From Cyanidioschyzon merolae (taxonomy: Eukaryota): a stretch of 64,000 bases of DNA. The stretch is from NCBI GenBank assembly GCA_000091205.1, contig AP006490.2; one strand, given 5' to 3'. Positions 22,284-33,600 of this stretch are shown one piece after another (the stretch's first letter is position 1; each line of letters opens with the position of its first letter). The position numbers and the translations under genes were made by a program. The notes beneath the pieces are model-generated. The model was not told the DNA's origin. It was given only the letters and a program-made list of their open reading frames with translations, and searched no databases.

Positions 22284-22955
22284 ATGGCGGTCTCCAGGGT
22301 GCTTATTGTGGCTTGCCTGACCTTTCTAGCAGCGTTTGCATCGCTTGCTCAGGCATATGAATACAAGCAGCAGTGCCAGGTAGAGCAGGTGTGTGCGCAA
22401 TATGTGAACCAATGCCAGCAGTATGAGAATGTATGCCTTCAGCCATATCAGAAGTGCAAGCAGTACGAGCAGATTTGCGTGCAGCAGCAGCAGCAGTGCA
22501 AGAACTATCAGACTGTGGAGAAGCCAGTGAAGGTCTGTGTCCAATACGAGAAGGAATGCATCCAGTTTGCATACAAGGAGCAGTGCAAGCAGCAGGAGCA
22601 GGTGGTTCAGCAGCAGTACTGGTATCGTCGCTGGTACAAGCAGGAAGTGCCGGTGAAGCAGGTGTGTCAGAAGCAGCAGTACTGCGTCCAGTATCAGGAG
22701 AACAAAAACAAATGTGCGCAATATGGAACACAGTACCAGAAGATTCAGGAGTGCGTGCAGTACGAGAACCAATGCGTCCAATATGGACAAGGCAAGTGTC
22801 TTCAGTATGAACAGGCTTGTCAGCAGTACGGGCAGAAGTGCGCGAACTATCAGCAAGTGTGCAAACAGTACCAAAAGGTGCTCGTCTGCAAGAAATATCA
22901 GCAGGAATACAAGAAGCAGTATCAGCAGCAGTACTACGCGCAGGGATACTACTGA
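22284..22955 (+). CDS. Secreted cysteine/glutamine/tyrosine-rich tandem-repeat protein (novel; signal peptide plus about 20 'C-x-Q-Y-x-x-x-C'-like units)
   Basis: ORF 22269..22955 has a GTG start; the first ATG at 22284 gives 'MAVSRVLIVACLTFLAAFASLAQA|YEYKQQ...', a signal-peptide-like N-terminus with an AXA cleavage context. The mature part is repeats such as 'CAQYVNQCQQYENVCLQPYQKCKQYEQICVQQQQQCKNYQ...CVQYENQCVQYGQGKCLQYEQACQQYGQKCANYQQVCKQYQ', with about 24 Cys and almost only Q, Y, K, E, V and C. No hydrophobic segment follows the signal peptide. It lies in the 1.4-kb spacer between the inverted Y arms. A TATAAA sits at 22273-22278. Confidence 0.6.
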   Translation: MAVSRVLIVACLTFLAAFASLAQAYEYKQQCQVEQVCAQYVNQCQQYENVCLQPYQKCKQYEQICVQQQQQCKNYQTVEKPVKVCVQYEKECIQFAYKEQCKQQEQVVQQQYWYRRWYKQEVPVKQVCQKQQYCVQYQENKNKCAQYGTQYQKIQECVQYENQCVQYGQGKCLQYEQACQQYGQKCANYQQVCKQYQKVLVCKKYQQEYKKQYQQQYYAQGYY

Positions 22956-23217
22956 AGGAGCTTTGCGATGGACGTGGTGGCTGGTCATCTCTATGTGAGC
23001 GGACAGAGGACAGAGTCCGCGGAGTGACGTGGGAGTGCTAATGGACAGTATATCTGATGGAAGTGTACAAGGACGTTCATTGTAGTGCCTTGAACAATTA
23101 TAAATTCTGAATTTCGTCATCATTTCAAAGCGCCCTTGTCTGAGTTGCCATCTGCTGCCCTGGCCCGTGGATTGTCGCATCGCTTTCATGGCGCGTCTGC
23201 TTCTCTGTGACGTCAGA

Positions 23218-24130
23218 TTGAAATGGAACGCTACATTGCTCACTCTGTTCTTGCAGTTCGATTCTTTTCCGAAATTTTTATTGGTACAGCCTCGATATTC
23301 CAAGTGAACCGATAAGGATGTACGAATTCGTAGGTAGTTTAAGGATTTTAGGTCGTGTTTTCCGAGTGGCTCCTTCCACGCTTGGCCGCTGGATTTGGTA
23401 ACGTCACCGGAATCAAGATGTTTCGCGACGCCATCAAACAAGGTCGCGTGAAATACCAGATATCAGGATCCAGATGACACCCAGAAGCCTCTACGCCACT
23501 CCTTTCTCCTACGTCTGGTTTACGAGAATCACGCATTCTTCAAAGCCTCGATCGTTCTGTTTCAGGGCAATCCGTGGGGTCCGGCAACGCGCGCCGCCAG
23601 ATTTCCAGCGCAAACAACTTGGCGTCCTCCCGTGGCGACGACGGCACAAGCTTCTGCAGACATATCCCGGAGCTTCTCATGTCGAATATTCGATTCCGTT
23701 CTGGAGACATATCCTACTCTGCTTGCGGTCATCGACATTGTTGCATTCGACACCAGCAGCGCGGTTCCTCTCATCGGATATACTCGCAGAGGCTCCCGTC
23801 TCTATTGTGTGGATGGAGAAAAGGCCTTGGACTCGGAATTCAGTCCTCGCAGCGACCGCCTCCAGTAGAGCGTGCGCAATCGCTATGCACGGAGGATGCA
23901 TAGACGGATCGATACTTTGCGACTTGAGCTCCTGGCTCGGGTCTCTTTCCGGCACCTGTGTCATAATGGACAGCATCGCGTTCCACAGATCCTCTGTTGA
24001 GCGGATCAGCGTGTGCTCCCATGTGCAGCGGGCAGCGTAATCGCCGACCAAGTGGCCCAGAAGAAGCCAGGGTCCATAGCATCGGCACCAGGTGCAGAAA
24101 CAAACTCGACATTCTTGCACAAAGCGCACA
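23218..24130 (-). repeat. Y-family repeat copy Y2 (inverted relative to Y1); right arm of the inverted repeat
   Basis: It is the reverse complement of 20915-21800. The inner boundary '...ctgtgacgtc|agattgaaatggaac' mirrors Y1's end 'gttccatttcaatctgac'. Homology to the first 200 bp of Y1 beyond 24085 is weak and diverged. Confidence 0.8.
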
Positions 24131-24594
24131 CCTCGTAGCGTTCAACCCCTGGCGCATTGGATCGATGCGTGCGCCGAAAGCGCTTGTCACGCTCGAATTT
24201 GATGTCACAGGAAACGGCAGCGTTCCGGAGCCGAAATCGGCGCAGCAGCGCGCAGACGCGCGCGCGCCATCACTGCCTATGCGATCTGCGCGCCGACTAC
24301 GATGTCCCAGCAGTTTCGGCGCGCAAAAGCGCTTTCTTGGCTTTGGGCGGTGGGTACTCAAGCCAAACCAGCCGCGCGAGGGTCTACGGAAACGCCGGTG
24401 GTGTTGTGTGTGTGTGCAGGGCTTTCGTGCTCGCTCATTTTCCAACTGAACTTGGCTCAATTACGTGTAGTGTACAAAGTTATCTAGGATTCGATCGTGC
24501 GGGAGTGCTTTCAGAGTTTCACGAACACGCAGCTCTTCGGCGGAGCAGCCAAAGCCATTCAAGTGCTGTCGGAATATCGTGAAGCTTTTACCGG

Positions 24595-27393
24595 ATGAGT
24601 GCTTGTCTGAGCCGCGCTGATCCCCCGAAAACGGACGAGAAGCCGGCACAGACACCGCCTCGTCTCCTGGCAGTACAGGCGGTGCTCGATAGTCGATCCT
24701 GCTTCTCGGAAACTGCCAGCGCCCGCGTTCATCTGGAGCTACAACCGTGTGCGCTGGCGCCTAGCGAATCGGTTGCGTGCCTTCCGTCGCTTTTTCCATG
24801 CACGATGGACCAGTCCGAGGAAGCCCCGCTTCCGGGTCGGCGCTTCATCTTGCAGGGTGACTGGGCGCTGTCGCCGATCACCCCTGCCGTTCGACAGCCG
24901 CCCATGGAGCGTCGAGCGCCCGGCACCATGCTGCCGGAGGGCTTTAGTGAGGCGGCGACCAGCACCCACGGCATGAGCATGGGAACTTACTACTCGATGA
25001 GATTGGGTTCACCCGTTCCACGTGGAGGGCGGATGCGGACGACACGCCCGTGGCCTGGGATGGCGCTGAGTCCCGCACACGGCTACGCCTTGCAAACCCT
25101 AGCTCCAAGCTCAGCGTTGCTTGATGAATACAGGCGCCAGGCACTGGGGCTGAATACTGAGCCCCACTCTGAGCAGGACGTCATTGATACTGACCCATTT
25201 TCACCAAGCGATGCCGATTTGGCCATGGAAGCCGGTGTTTCCGTCACACCGATGCGTCCAGGCGCGAGTTCACCGCCGATGTCGAGCCCAGTGTACGCCG
25301 GCGTTGGCCTAGCGTTTGCGGTCGATGGAGGATCTCCTGCACTGGGGCCCGGGTCATGTGTAGGCGCGTTCGGGGCCGGAGTGATGACAGGCTGTTCCCT
25401 CATGCAGCCAGCCGCCTGGTCGAATAGTGCAGCAGCGCTGACGCCACTCACCGCACGCCTGCGGGAACAGTCCAGAGTCGCGGCGGATCTCGATCCGGAT
25501 TTCGCTCAGGTTGCCCTGGCTACCAACGACCAACGTTTGCGTATCAAACGATATCGGCAGATCTACGGCGGTATTCAGTCACCAACTACATCGGCAGCTG
25601 GGGTATCACAACCTGATCCACGCGTGTCGTTGAACGTGCCTTTGGAATCTAGTCAGGTCGTCTCGAAAGCAACGCACGCGCAGCGCATAGCAACGGGCAT
25701 TTCCGTTCCGAGCGCCACCTCCGGCTGCTGGGATCCTGATTTCGCTGCAAAGAAGCAACAAGCGGATCCATATGTTAGGCCCCTATCTTGCGAGTCTGCG
25801 CGACCTCCGCGAGAATGCAGTCAGGCGACTACCTCCACCTCGATCGCTAATGCATACTGTCGATTCGAGCACCCCGTTTACTTGGACGCAACGGACTTGA
25901 ACGATGAGGATGCTACCCATTCAGAGGCTTTCAACGAAAGCAACGAGAACATTCGCCTGGAGGCTAGCTTCAGCAGTGAGACCCCAGCGGGTGCCCTGCA
26001 GACGTCGTCTACCCGTGACGAGATGCACAGCCGCGCGCATCTATCCGCTCATGCCGCTGGTGATATGGGTCCTCCTTATGGTATCCCTGTACTGCAAGTA
26101 CTTCAGGAGCGCCAGTTGCCGAACTACATAGAGACAGCGCACGGCAACGAATCGATGCATTCACGCGACCCGAGCCTTCACCAGCAACCAAAAGGATCAT
26201 CAAATCGAAAACGTTCGCGGCACGAAACAGACCCTATGGCGTACCAAGCGGGTACGAGGCATCCTGATGGAGGGTATTGCCCCAGTAGGCCATACTGCTC
26301 GATGCAGAAGACGGAATCGGCCCACACATCAGCATCATCCTCATCGGATGACCTGGTCATGTCGCAGAACACATCCAAAACGCTATCACAGGATCGTTCG
26401 TGTGTACGCTGTTTCGAATCCGGCCTCGAGCGGAAACGCGTTCTCTTCGCCGTACACCCAACCGGTGTCGATGAACGCTCCCTGCCGTCGACCTCGATAG
26501 CAACAGACACAGTGCGAGAAAACCGTCAGTCTTTATTTCCCTCGCCCCATGAAGTACAAGACGGGCACTTTGCGCCTACCGAGGATAACGGTATGCGACC
26601 GTTGCCTTTTGCGGCGAGCGGCAGCGAACGGAGCGCTCTTGCGCCGCCGCCGGTCTCTGTACCCGACGCTAGAGTCATATGTCCCGCATACGAGTCCGTT
26701 TCAGCAGCGCAGTCGCTCGCTTCAGCCGACCAGCATTGCCTCGATCACCATCGAGATACTTTCAGCATCAATCAAACAATCAACTGCTGGTCAAGCGGCA
26801 GAACACGCTATGCACCGGAACCACAGACCCACGCGATGGTGTCCCTCGACGGAACCCAAGCCGAGCATACCGTGGACCCCTATCTACCCTCAGAGGTGCA
26901 TCCTGGAGCTACTGCTAGTGCTGCTGCGCTGGTGCTTGACCCAGCCGCAGCTGCTGAGCTACAACGAGCATCCCGTCGGTTACAAACACCTCGCACCAAC
27001 ACGTTACGAATCGCATCCAAGCGGTGTCGTTGCCGTCGTTCCCGATGTCTCAAGAAATATTGCGACTGTTTCGCCGCAGGTAGTTTCTGCGGCCCTGAGT
27101 GCGAGTGTGAGGGCTGCGGCAACCATCAAGACAACCAGGAACAGGTCGAACGGGCTCGTCAAAGTGCGTCGCAGCGCTCGAGTACCTCCGGTGAGGCACT
27201 AAACGGTGAACCCAGTGCCTCGGAGCGTTCGTCACGAGGCTGTCGCTGCAAGCGCACCGGATGTCTGAAGCGATACTGCGAGTGTTTCCAGGCCGGACGG
27301 GAGTGTACGGCACAGTGCGCCTGTGAAGGCTGTCTGAACTGTCGCGGGCTCAGTGAACACTTGCTGGTTGAAATTCGACGGCGGCTTGCTTGA
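24595..27393 (+). CDS. Tesmin/TSO1-like CXC (CRC) domain protein, LIN54-like (DREAM-complex DNA-binding subunit homolog)
   Basis: ATG at 24595. Two CXC modules are present: 'CRCRRSRCLKKYCDCFAAGSFCGPECECEGCGN' and 'CRCKRTGCLKRYCECFQAGRECTAQCACEGC'. They are separated by a short linker near the C-terminus, and the long N-terminus is low-complexity, S/P/A-rich. Confidence 0.7.
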   Translation: MSACLSRADPPKTDEKPAQTPPRLLAVQAVLDSRSCFSETASARVHLELQPCALAPSESVACLPSLFPCTMDQSEEAPLPGRRFILQGDWALSPITPAVRQPPMERRAPGTMLPEGFSEAATSTHGMSMGTYYSMRLGSPVPRGGRMRTTRPWPGMALSPAHGYALQTLAPSSALLDEYRRQALGLNTEPHSEQDVIDTDPFSPSDADLAMEAGVSVTPMRPGASSPPMSSPVYAGVGLAFAVDGGSPALGPGSCVGAFGAGVMTGCSLMQPAAWSNSAAALTPLTARLREQSRVAADLDPDFAQVALATNDQRLRIKRYRQIYGGIQSPTTSAAGVSQPDPRVSLNVPLESSQVVSKATHAQRIATGISVPSATSGCWDPDFAAKKQQADPYVRPLSCESARPPRECSQATTSTSIANAYCRFEHPVYLDATDLNDEDATHSEAFNESNENIRLEASFSSETPAGALQTSSTRDEMHSRAHLSAHAAGDMGPPYGIPVLQVLQERQLPNYIETAHGNESMHSRDPSLHQQPKGSSNRKRSRHETDPMAYQAGTRHPDGGYCPSRPYCSMQKTESAHTSASSSSDDLVMSQNTSKTLSQDRSCVRCFESGLERKRVLFAVHPTGVDERSLPSTSIATDTVRENRQSLFPSPHEVQDGHFAPTEDNGMRPLPFAASGSERSALAPPPVSVPDARVICPAYESVSAAQSLASADQHCLDHHRDTFSINQTINCWSSGRTRYAPEPQTHAMVSLDGTQAEHTVDPYLPSEVHPGATASAAALVLDPAAAAELQRASRRLQTPRTNTLRIASKRCRCRRSRCLKKYCDCFAAGSFCGPECECEGCGNHQDNQEQVERARQSASQRSSTSGEALNGEPSASERSSRGCRCKRTGCLKRYCECFQAGRECTAQCACEGCLNCRGLSEHLLVEIRRRLA

Positions 27394-27747
27394 GTGTCGC
27401 ACGCTGCGGCTCATCCACGGTATCGAGAATCACCAGTGTTGATGCTCGCAACTGCTCTTGTCCTGCAAACCATAAATGTGCACAGCACTGACCCCCAATA
27501 TCGACTGGTGGAAAGCTGGTGTGGCGGCTGTAGCAGGGGTAACGCGTGCGCCTGCGGATCCGGCATCGCTCCCGGTAACTGCGTAGCTGGTTCAGCGTCT
27601 ACCTGACAATGCCTAAACAGAAAAAGGTACTCTCCAGGCGATGAAGCGCGCTGGCTGCATCACATCAAATGCTCCTGTAGATCCATTTCAACTCATCCGG
27701 CACGAGCCAGTTTTCCGTGTACTAGTTGTGTCGAACGCGAGTCGCGG

Positions 27748-28767
27748 CTACGGTGAGCGCGCCGGCTCGTTGAGCGCATACCAGCATGCGTTGTTCTCCC
27801 AACGGCTGGTGAGCATTTCCATTTGAGTGAGCGCAAGCAGTACCAGCTTCAGTCTGGTGCGCTCCGTTTCCCACTGATGCAAGAGCGCATCGGCAGAGAG
27901 CCAGGTGTCCCCGTTCGATGCCCAGAGGTCGCGGAGGCGTTGCCACCAGGTAGCCAGTTCGTTCACCGATACTTGTCGTTGAACAAATTGGGAAACTTTT
28001 TCCCGGTACAAGGACTCCAAAGCATCGCCGTTGAGTTTTCGACCCGGCTTGGCGCTATCCGATGACGTAAGCGCCGAGATCGGGCTCTCGTCAGGCGCCA
28101 GCTGCAGTTGTGCCAGCGTACTAGAAGCTAGATGCAAGTCCTCCACAGTGGGTGTCTTGGGCGCTACCTCCTGCCACAAGGATAAACGGTGCTCATCGGC
28201 CGCGTCACTCGCTGCACGCTCCTGTGGCGAAGGCGTCGTTACTGCCTGGCGACGTTCCGACAACGGGGTGGCTACAGGCGCCGCCTCAATATCCAATGCA
28301 CGCGCAATCAGTTCGAGGAAGCGTTCATTCTGCTGAACCAGAGACGTTACCGTATCACTCAGCGCCGACGCGGTAGGCAGACGTTCCGCCAACCACCGAG
28401 CACTCTCCAGGCCACGGCAGAGGTGCACAGCTTGACGAAAGAGGTCAGCGGCGGGCGCAACGGCCTCTGCTGGGTCGCGCGTATGCGTATCCAGCGCTGG
28501 CGCGTCCCAGAACGACTTGAGTTGCGCAATGTCGCGTTCGAGACGGCGACACTCGTGAACCCATTCGTCCCAGTAACCCTTTGATGGAGACACGGGTTCC
28601 CTATCAACGTCCGCTGGCATGTATTCGTGAACGAGAATGCAACGGCACTGTCGAAGCGTACTGCGACACAAGCCCCTACAAAGCGGATCGTATCGTGTCG
28701 GTTCCGTTCGGCTGAGCGGCAATTTCAAATCGCTCGTGGAATAGTCCGTTTTGTCGCTATTCATCAA
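27748..28767 (-). CDS. Hypothetical protein (339 aa), predicted alpha-helical, no recognised domain
   Basis: Uninterrupted ORF that is convergent with the CXC gene. Its composition looks coding. No motif was recognised. Confidence 0.35.
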   Translation of the reverse strand: MMNSDKTDYSTSDLKLPLSRTEPTRYDPLCRGLCRSTLRQCRCILVHEYMPADVDREPVSPSKGYWDEWVHECRRLERDIAQLKSFWDAPALDTHTRDPAEAVAPAADLFRQAVHLCRGLESARWLAERLPTASALSDTVTSLVQQNERFLELIARALDIEAAPVATPLSERRQAVTTPSPQERAASDAADEHRLSLWQEVAPKTPTVEDLHLASSTLAQLQLAPDESPISALTSSDSAKPGRKLNGDALESLYREKVSQFVQRQVSVNELATWWQRLRDLWASNGDTWLSADALLHQWETERTRLKLVLLALTQMEMLTSRWENNACWYALNEPARSP

Positions 28768-29704
28768 CGATGCTCGGGATCTGCCTCATGGTCTACCTGA
28801 TCGATCCGCGGGCAGCGATGCTGTCAGTCAGGTGCCAAACGATGGCTGCTCGCCTCCGGGCGCTTCTTCGTGGCACGCACTCCAGGCAAATACGCCCGAT
28901 AGCAACACGGGCATGATTGATGTAGCGAGCTTGCGCAATTGCTGTCTTTGGTGTAAGTTTTTCGGAAACAAGGTAGCGTCGAATCAGCTTCCGCGAAGAG
29001 ACATTGGATCGACGCGGATCCAAGTGTCGGGAGGCTGGCGCAGATCATACACTCGATCGTGGGACGTCATGCAGAGATCATCGAAAGGTGCAATCCCGCT
29101 CGGTGATGGTTAGCCTGGTGGCGCGATGTTATCCATGACCCGCGCATCAGCCAGAGAACATCGTGGTGCCTGGTCGGCCGCACCACTGGCCATTCGCAGG
29201 CGGTGGACTGCCCGTCCTCGAAGCGCATCACTGGAACAGCAGGTGCCTCAGCATTGCTCGCAACGAACAAGTTTTGTGCGCCCGCGAGCGGCTCTGCACC
29301 CGAAGACCTACACAAACGCCCAACGGACCCGGGAGGCGTACGATGCTGCACGCGAGGGCCAGTGTCTGATACCCTGCCTAGATCGTCAGTAGTTTGGCCT
29401 TCGGAAAGCCCGTGTACCATCCATACAATGCTGTACGCGACCGTTGATGTCTTGATCGTCCATGCGCTGCCAGGCGCGTTCAACCTGCAGCAGCAGCAGC
29501 ACCAGCAGCAGCGAATCCCTGTATCGAGGTCGGATGCAGCGGCGCCATCTGCGTAGACATGAAAGTGACTGTACCGTACCAAAATATATATATGTATTCA
29601 TTTCTGTACTGGATGCAAACGGAGCCTTCGGAACGTTCGTCATCGCTCTTGACTCGCAGCTGCCGGAATCCATTCCATCTCGCTTGACGAAGCGCTGACA
29701 TTGA

Positions 29705-29945
29705 CTATGGATCCTAGATGGCGGGATGGATATTGGCATTCGGGAATCACGCATCAGGCTGCACCCTACCTTCAAGCTCCATTTCCCGTACTTTCCTTGA
29801 ATGTGCTGATCGTTACGTTCATTCTATCTTACGCCAACTGCCTACCGTGAGCACCTGCAATAATGCCGAAACAGCTGATGCGTAGGCGGCATGGAGACAG
29901 AACGGTTTGTCACACCGCTGGGGGCGTTGGCTCGAGGCATGGTTC
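29705..29945 (+). repeat. Dispersed ~245-bp repeat family, copy 3
   Basis: See 3711-3958. Confidence 0.6.
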
Positions 29946-30678
29946 ACCGGTCACGGGATCCGGAATTCATCATTATTTTGGGCGCCAGGAAACTGCCCAG
30001 ACAGACGCAGTGTCTGCGGCAGCGCAATGCGATACGCTAATGGACCACCGCGACCAGGGCGACGCCCAGACGCACCATACCTGCTCCCCGTCCCAGAATA
30101 AACTGCGTTATGGACAAGCTGCTCAGGTCTCGCCACTGCAGCCGGTATTTGGGGGTGCATGAAGCACGAGCCCCGCAGACTCGTCCGGCTCGCGGGAGCT
30201 TCGGCCTAGAAAGTAACCTTTCGAATACACGGAAAACATTTCCACCTTTCAACGCTTGCCGAACAAGAGCAAAGAAGTTCATGATCGAGTTCCATTTTTC
30301 CCTTGGTTTCTCTTTTCGTTCTGGAATCTGTTGCGACGATGCTTCGTCATGAATTCGACGTCGTAGAGAGCGAATGCCAGACCAGATGCTTCTCTGTAAA
30401 GAAGATTGCTTTCGGGAATATCATAGACTTCGGTGGCTTTACCATGAACATATCCGGAAAGGATCCTGAAAAACTCTTCAAATCCCCTTGAATACACCTG
30501 CGCAGGCTGCAACCTCGTCTCGGGTCGATCCAGGGTACTTGCCGGAACTCCGTTCCACTCGCTGTACCGTTTTCGTTCGGACGGCTGCACACGACTACCG
30601 CAACCGGCTGTATCTGATTTCATAAGCTCACGTGCGCACCGAAGGGTTTGCGCGGCTTGAACATGATAACACCCCTGG

Positions 30679-33600
30679 ATGAGCTTGCTTAGGATAGGCG
30701 ACGAGGCGTACTGGCTTCGAGTCGAGGATCCCGAAGTGGACACCACGCCCCCCGAGACCTGCAGTACCACGCACGAGGCGTTGCTCTTCCGCGGCTCCAG
30801 CGCGACTCCGTTGGCCAGACTAGTTGCCTGTGGCCCACGAACTGGTTCCGGGTTCTTGGAGACGCTCCGAGGCCAACGCATCGCGCTGCTGGTTCAGCGA
30901 AGCACCCTGTTTCCAGCTCGCATCGTCGCGGCTGTCTGGGTTCACACGCCGTGTGCACCTCTGGTCTGTGGTCCGCAGCTATGGATCGTGCACGAAGACG
31001 GTGAGCTCTGCCGCTACGCGGATTCTGGCTGCAGCTTGGGCGTCTATAGACTCTTGCCGCGTGCTCCAGCGGCCGACACACAACCGGAGGGCATACGCGC
31101 AGTCGCCGTCCAGCCACTGTGCGGGACTTGCACCTATGTCGTTGCTTGGGTAAGCACTCGAAACCGTCTCTGGGCTGGGCGTATTAGGCTGAACGTTTCA
31201 GACGACCTGATTCGAAGTGGGAAGCTCACGATAGCGAGCGAACCCTTGAACAGCGAAGAAGATGCCGTGGACGTGCACCCGCTTCGAACACTGCCACCGG
31301 CATTCGCTGGGGCATCGAGTCTCGAGCTGTGCTGGTTAGCGGACGGTAAGCGACTGAGCATTTGCAGCAACACCGGCGAGTGGTGGATTGATTCGATCAG
31401 CTTTGATGAGAACGTTGATGTCGCAATGACGGGAAACCTAGTCGTCGCCACGGAGAAGGTGCGCGACGCAACGACGAGCGCTGCGACTCGACGCTTGACG
31501 AGTGATCGATTGCGACTGGGGAGCGCTTCGCCAGACGGGCGCTACTGTATCTGGAACACCGCTGATGGTCGTCATTTGCTTCTGGTTGAATCAAGCACTA
31601 CCAAAGTATCTGTACAGCGCAGTTTGTACCGTATACAGCAACCAGCCGGTCGCTGGAACGTGATTCGAACGGATGGACTTTGGTTGCCGTCACTCGGAGG
31701 GCATCCGAATGCCCACTGCTGCACTTTTTTGCGTCACGCGTTGATGCAGCAACCCGACACGAATACGCACTGGTGGTGCTGGAGCTTCCTATCGCTTCCG
31801 AGTGGCGTCTCGCTGTCGATCATGGTGCGCTCCAGGCTCACCAGGGACTGGAACGGCCCTGGTGAACTCGTGAGTATTCCAGAGCCAGATGGAAGCACAT
31901 TGTTGTGGATCCAGGAGAACGGTGCTCGCTCCCTTGCCCGGCTCCAGAGCGTTGCAACCTGCCAGCGTCCTCTCATCGAGTGGGGCGTCAACGCACCGGG
32001 CGTTTTGCTATACGAAGCGTTCGCGACGCGCTCCGTGATCCCAACGCAAGGCCAAACAGAGGCCGTTGCCGGGCTTCGACCCAATTCAGAGTGCGCTTCG
32101 TCTAGTCTGGAGCCCTGTCATGGCTCAACGCTGACGCTGGCGGATCTCGAGTGCCTGGAGGATGCGGCATCGCAGCCGACGAGCAAAGCCCCAAGCCATA
32201 TCTTGGTGCTGGAGGAACTGCGAGCACAGCGTCTCCTCGTGGATGCGGCAGAGCAGTGCGTTACATGGGCTTTTCATACCATGGTGAACGATACGTCTCG
32301 TGCGACTCGTTTGCTCGAAGCGGCTCGGTGGGCACTCGCAGCGGCCTGTTGGGATAATTGGCATCAAATGGACAACTGGCTTCGAGGCTCCCCCGAGAGT
32401 GCATGCCGCAGTGATAACACATTGGAGCGCGTTCCCAGCGCGTACGGCAAGCGCTTAGCACGTGCATGCTACTGGTGGCATCGAGTGGTGCAGTGGCTTC
32501 GTTTTCGGAATCGGCTGGCGACACTGATGCCGCTCTCGGCTCATCAGTTGCAACAACCTGGAATGCTCAGACAGGTCATCGGAAGTATCGTGCGTTATGC
32601 CGCTGCCACTGCGCTGAGTGGTGGCCAAGGCGTGCCGGCAACCGCAACGACAAGAACATCAACAACAAGTACAACAGCAGCACACCAAGTCTCGATTGAA
32701 GAGCGCATCTCGGCGCTCTACGATCTGATCGAGGAAAGCCTCCAGCTGACTGTGTGCTTGTCGCGAGCGGATATCACAACGGCTTTCGCAGTGGCCTTGT
32801 TGCGCCATGGCGCGGCTTACCATCGAGATGGATGTCTCCAACGCGCCGAACAATGGATTCGGGCGCTTTTTCTGCCAGCGAGTCTTGCGGGCGAGAAGTG
32901 TACCCCTATCCAGCAGGCGCTCTCAGAACGAATGGCTCCCTTCCTGCGGTACGCAGCAGCCAGTGCGATAGCTTTCCAAATTGGTCTCGACCGGCTTGCG
33001 TACGAGCTAGCACTGACGGAGCCTGATCCCGGTAGACGGATCCGAGCGCTTTGTGGCCTCTCGGATGCAACAGCGGCCGCACAGGCGCTGCAAGTGTTCG
33101 TCGGCTTCTATCCACGCCTGTCGATCGAGTATCTGCTGATTATTTTGGATTGGTATCTGGAAAGGGACGCAAGTCTCCACGAGCTATCAAAGACGCTACA
33201 GGCGTATCCGATGTTACAGGACATCATCCTCACTGAACTGAACCAACGCGGCGACAAAATCACCTACGCGCAAGTGCTCAGGTTACTGGGGCGGCGAGCG
33301 AGGCGTGTCACCGAAGCGCCGCCCCTCGATGATCGCATCGCGTTCGAGCACAAGGAGCCATCGCCAGGCGCGAATAGATCACGATTCTGGAGTCTGGCCC
33401 AGTGGCTGGACTGGGGCAGTGTCGGAGTCGGCGATCAAGCGCCCGAGATGTCGCAGGGTCAGTTGCTGCCTCGCTTGCGGGCTGATCTGACACAAACATT
33501 GCAGGCGATGCCACGCGCAACAACATTGGCACCGATCCTGGAAGAATGCTTGGCTGCGGACTGGGTGCGGATCCCAGCGAAACTGTTGATCGCTGCATTG

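Noticed and set aside
22326-23441. 371-aa minus-strand ORF, Leu-rich
   Set aside because: It is the antisense of the Gln-rich CDS (CAG repeats read as CTG, giving Leu) plus an extension into the right Y arm. It is a low-complexity artefact.
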